DNA of 61,490 nt, counting the filler, from Asterionella formosa (lineage: Eukaryota): the NCBI GenBank assembly GCA_002256025.1. It is 19 parts of 19 records of this genome, joined end to end, with 100 filler letters (N's around TTAATTAATTAA, not from the genome) between each part and the next. Parts side by side here need not be neighbours in the genome. Positions count along the whole stretch, not along the records: positions 55,127 to 58,259 come from NKIB01014449.1; positions 58,360 to 61,490 come from NKIB01014450.1; 17 more parts are not named here. The stretch is one strand, 5' to 3'. Below are positions 58,123 to 61,490 of the stretch, piece after piece (the first letter of the stretch is position 1; each line of letters opens with the position of its first letter). Below the pieces are notes generated by a model that saw only the letters and a list, made by a program, of their open reading frames with translations, had not been told where the DNA came from and did no database searches. The position numbers were made by a program, and so were the translations under genes.

Positions 58123-60475
58123 TCCCAGTACAGTACCTGTTGGACGGTCGAAGACAGACAATCAAAGCTGACACCGAGCGAATGAAAGGACGAACAATGC
58201 ATCATCAAGACAAGCAGAAAAAGACATGGACGAAAAGCTGTTAGAAATGGACGCAGGTTNNNNNNNNNNNNNNNNNNNNNNNNNNNNNNNNNNNNNNNNN
58301 NNNTTAATTAATTAANNNNNNNNNNNNNNNNNNNNNNNNNNNNNNNNNNNNNNNNNNNNTGGTTTGCTATGAAGGCTCAAGAAGCTATGGAGGAGATGGA
58401 GGATAGTTCAAAACCATCACGCAAAAAAACAAAGACCGGTTCTTTGGAGTCAGGCAGTTCAGTTGAAATAGATATTTCAACTTCTCTTTCATCATCTACT
58501 GATGATGAGGTTTCGATTCTAGAGACTGGACCATAAGAGTATTAAACCAGTTTGATTATAGTGACATTACATTAGTACACTAATCCTTTCATTATTGCTG
58601 CCAATCTAGAACTTGAACTTTAAAGATATTTTCAACTGCAATTGGCTTTGGTATTTGGTCGATGCGGTGGCGATGCTCTAATAAAGGCAGGTCACTTTTC
58701 GATGCAACATAAGCAATCAATTCGATATTATTTAATGTGGGTATAATCTATCATATATATGTTTATGATCAATCGCAAAAAATTAATTGATCAATGAGTT
58801 TTATGTATGATCAATCAAAAAACAAAAACTTCATACTGCGATAATTTTGGGCCAGTGGATAATAGAACAAAACTGTTAGGTCTAACGTTTTCTATTTACA
58901 TACAAATGAGAACCTAAAGCTCGAGTTTCGCAACCTTGTCTCAATTACAAAGGAGAAATATAGTTGTGAAGTAGCAATGTTTCTTTACTACAGTTCCAAT
59001 GGTATAAAGACTTTTGTCAATGTGTATGATCTGATCCTTCATGTTGGCGGGGAAGCTGAGAAGGTCCATTCTAGAAGTATTAAAACTATTGTGAAACTTG
59101 ATCTTACAGCAGCTGCGCCGCAAATGATACAAATGCGGAAAGTACTTTCTTGTATGAAGTGCTAAGAGACGAAGTTTGAATGAAAATCAAAATTAATCAA
59201 ATGGCAGCCAGCACAACTTGTTGCACAGGGCCTTGGTCTAACGTCAAATGCTGCAGTTGGAATATGGATGGATCGCTTGATGGCTGCGCAGATGGAATGC
59301 GATGAAGAGGAATATAGAGCTTTACACCACAAACAAGGATGATGATTATGTCTAGAAAGTAGGAAATATTTAGAATTTCTATAGAAATAGTAATAGCTTG
59401 ATGCTCAGGATACAACTACTAGCTACAAAAAGATGGCATGTATTTTAGCTACTATTATGTACTTGCTGGCATAACGTATTATCAGTACTAGTTGTTACGA
59501 ATAGTAGGAAGACTAACTACTACTACTAGATAGTAGAGCTAAAAATTCGAGCCGCCATAATGAAGAAAACTGAAGGTGGTGTCTGGATTGAAATATTGGT
59601 CCCTGAATTATTTTGTTATGAGTAGCACCAACCAAGTGGATCTCAACACACCCTCCTGAATTCCATGAAGACGCTCTGCTACTGTAACATTATGACATGT
59701 AGGGATGTACCAACAACGTAGATTCATATGTGATTGATGAAGCAGTGGTTATGAGACATCGTGATGTCCATGGTTGAAGATGTACAATGGAATGGCTGAA
59801 AATCGTGGAGAATCAGCCATTCAAGTCTTAAACTTGGTATTTTTGTCATCATAATCGACACAGCCTGCCTTTCTTGGCGAATCAGCAGCTTCCCGAAACG
59901 AGGAGTGTCCATATGGTGAACGCAATTTGAATGGACCTTTGGCACAGCATATGTGACAAACAATAACATGCTCGTCAGAAGACATGATGATTACCGTGTT
60001 GATTTGAAGGATTAATAATTGCGTTGTGCGCACCAGCAACTGTAAAAATATTATATTGCCTACAGTTACCTACCGGTAGTAAGCAAGCTACTAGTAGAAT
60101 TCGAAAACTGGAAAGCAGATTGAATCATACAACTTTGACCAAACTCAGAACACTTGTTATTTGGTATAAACATGAGGGTGATGCCGCACCAGTCCCAAAT
60201 ACAAGGCAGCAGCTGCTTCAAAGTTAAATCGACACTTGCCATCATTGCTTCACATAGTTTAGAGCAACAAGGCACAATTAAAAATGACGACGCAAGTTTA
60301 TGACATCTGAGATTTAACACTTTCACAGCATGCAACATGATACACTATGGTAATCTGTAGGGCGAACTAAATTTTTTCTGATTCTCTACTTAACAATATC
60401 AATTAATAGTCCATTGATATTTTCAAAATGACTCTTTTGTTCATGAGTACTACTGATCCAGTTGTTGTCAACATA

Positions 60476-60592
60476 TGACTAGAAATTTGCTGACAACGAC
60501 TAGAACTTGCTGACAATGACTAGAAATTGCAGACTACAAACAGAAATTGAAGACTATAAATAGAATTTGCTGACTATGACTAGAAGTTACTG
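60476..60592. repeat. About 20-bp minisatellite, about 6 diverged units
   Basis: GACTAGAA(A/C)TTGCTGACAA-like units. Confidence 0.8.
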
Positions 60593-61021
60593 AGCAATTT
60601 GTGAACTCTATAACTAAACCGTCTTCCAGTTCCTGAATACTAGCTATCATCTGTGGAAGTAGCAGTAGAACACGATTTTGATGATCAGAAGATGACTTGG
60701 ATTTACTGACTGATATTTCATGGCCAAGAAAGTTACTTAATGATATTACATGGCAAAGAAAGTTACTGAAGAGAGTTTGGAATGGAAAGCCAGCCTAACC
60801 TTCCAGTAGTAGGCATGGGATGAATCATTCGGAGTGAGTCGAAACTGAAAAAGTGCGCATAAAACGTGCAGTACCTGACCTTCCAAGGATCCGGGAGTGA
60901 CGAGTCAGCATGCCGAAAGCAAGAAAACCAGTACATATGTAGTAAGAAGAATGATTACCGGCATGTACCGGTATTGACTTCCATTCTGCTACGGTACCAG
61001 TACTCCAGTATCGGTACCAGG

Positions 61022-61218
61022 TGAGCGATCTTGCGCATCAATACAGATGTATATAGGGTTAGTGTTATATCATATATGTATCAGAACTCAATAATGAGAG
61101 AACTCGACTAACCCTCATTGTATACTTTGGTGTCGACTTGGAGAACGAGTTACACACAAGGATTAACAAATAAGCTCATATATTCAACAAATACTACTAC
61201 TTCTAGTTAGATACTTCA
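61022..61218 (+). mobile_element. Gypsy LTR, 197 bp (probably a 5' LTR)
   Basis: TGAGCG...ACTTCA with 3 mismatches to 41693-41889 (reverse complement). Flanks CCAGG and CTTTG differ, so it is not a solo LTR. Confidence 0.88.
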
Positions 61219-61490
61219 CTTTGAATTCAAAAAGAGTCCAATTAGAATTAATATTGTTGATGTCCTCTCAAGTTCCAGTGGTCCCATTGATGAAGGATAA
61301 CAACATACTAAACATCAAGATTCAAACTTCTTTGTGTATCCTTACAAGCCAGGTCGAAATTTGGAGTCTTACAGCAAAGATATGATCAATTGACGCTCAG
61401 GGGAAGCTTGTTTATTGATTTCAGTAAATCCTGTGATATGGCTAACACATATATCTTCAGTCCAGCAGATTCCTTGCTTGTTCACCTACT

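Noticed and set aside
3150..58359. Regularly spaced TTAATTAATTAA palindromes about every 3.24 kb
   Set aside because: These are assembly linkers embedded in Ns; the periodicity only reflects size-sorted contigs.
585..60338. Numerous short ORFs antisense to or overlapping real genes, or in decayed repeats
   Set aside because: They are shadow ORFs with no motifs, many starting at non-ATG codons or running into N linkers.
41693..61218. The two 197-bp LTRs as ends of one element spanning the interval
   Set aside because: They are on different contigs in opposite orientation, and the flanks CCAGG and CCTGG do not form an identical TSD.
1..61490. A multi-gene cluster or system spanning the window (metal chaperone, efflux, GST, ferredoxin, channel parts)
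   Set aside because: The genes lie on unrelated contigs. Only ZNG1/MATE, ferredoxin/methyltransferase and patatin/CLP1 are truly adjacent, and these are ordinary convergent pairs.

Overview
Eukaryotic DNA, most likely a diatom; this is inferred from short GT-AG introns, diatom-type Copia/Gypsy elements and the gene families present. It is not a contiguous locus. It is 19 unrelated contigs of about 3.13-3.15 kb in near-descending size order, joined by 18 artificial 100-nt linkers (N44-TTAATTAATTAA-N44), so gene neighbourhood only means something within a contig. Host genes: ZNG1/CobW GTPase, MATE transporter, VWA-Cache membrane protein, HECT E3 ligase, GST, alpha/beta hydrolase, DUF3431-like protein, 2Fe-2S ferredoxin, METTL21-like methyltransferase, IQM-like protein, a pore-less KCNH/CNG-type voltage-sensor protein, patatin and CLP1. 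About half the contigs are decayed transposons (Copia, Gypsy, Mutator-like, pogo-like, mariner-like), LTRs and tandem or inverted repeats. Most notable: (1) a Crinkler-type header fused in frame to the HECT ligase; (2) a stand-alone CNBD-channel-family voltage sensor with no pore; (3) a highly iterated palindromic intergenic motif (GGTACCW)n/TACCGGTA, which also flanks two independent Gypsy LTR ends and may be an integration target. All family assignments come from motif recognition by eye; no searches were run.
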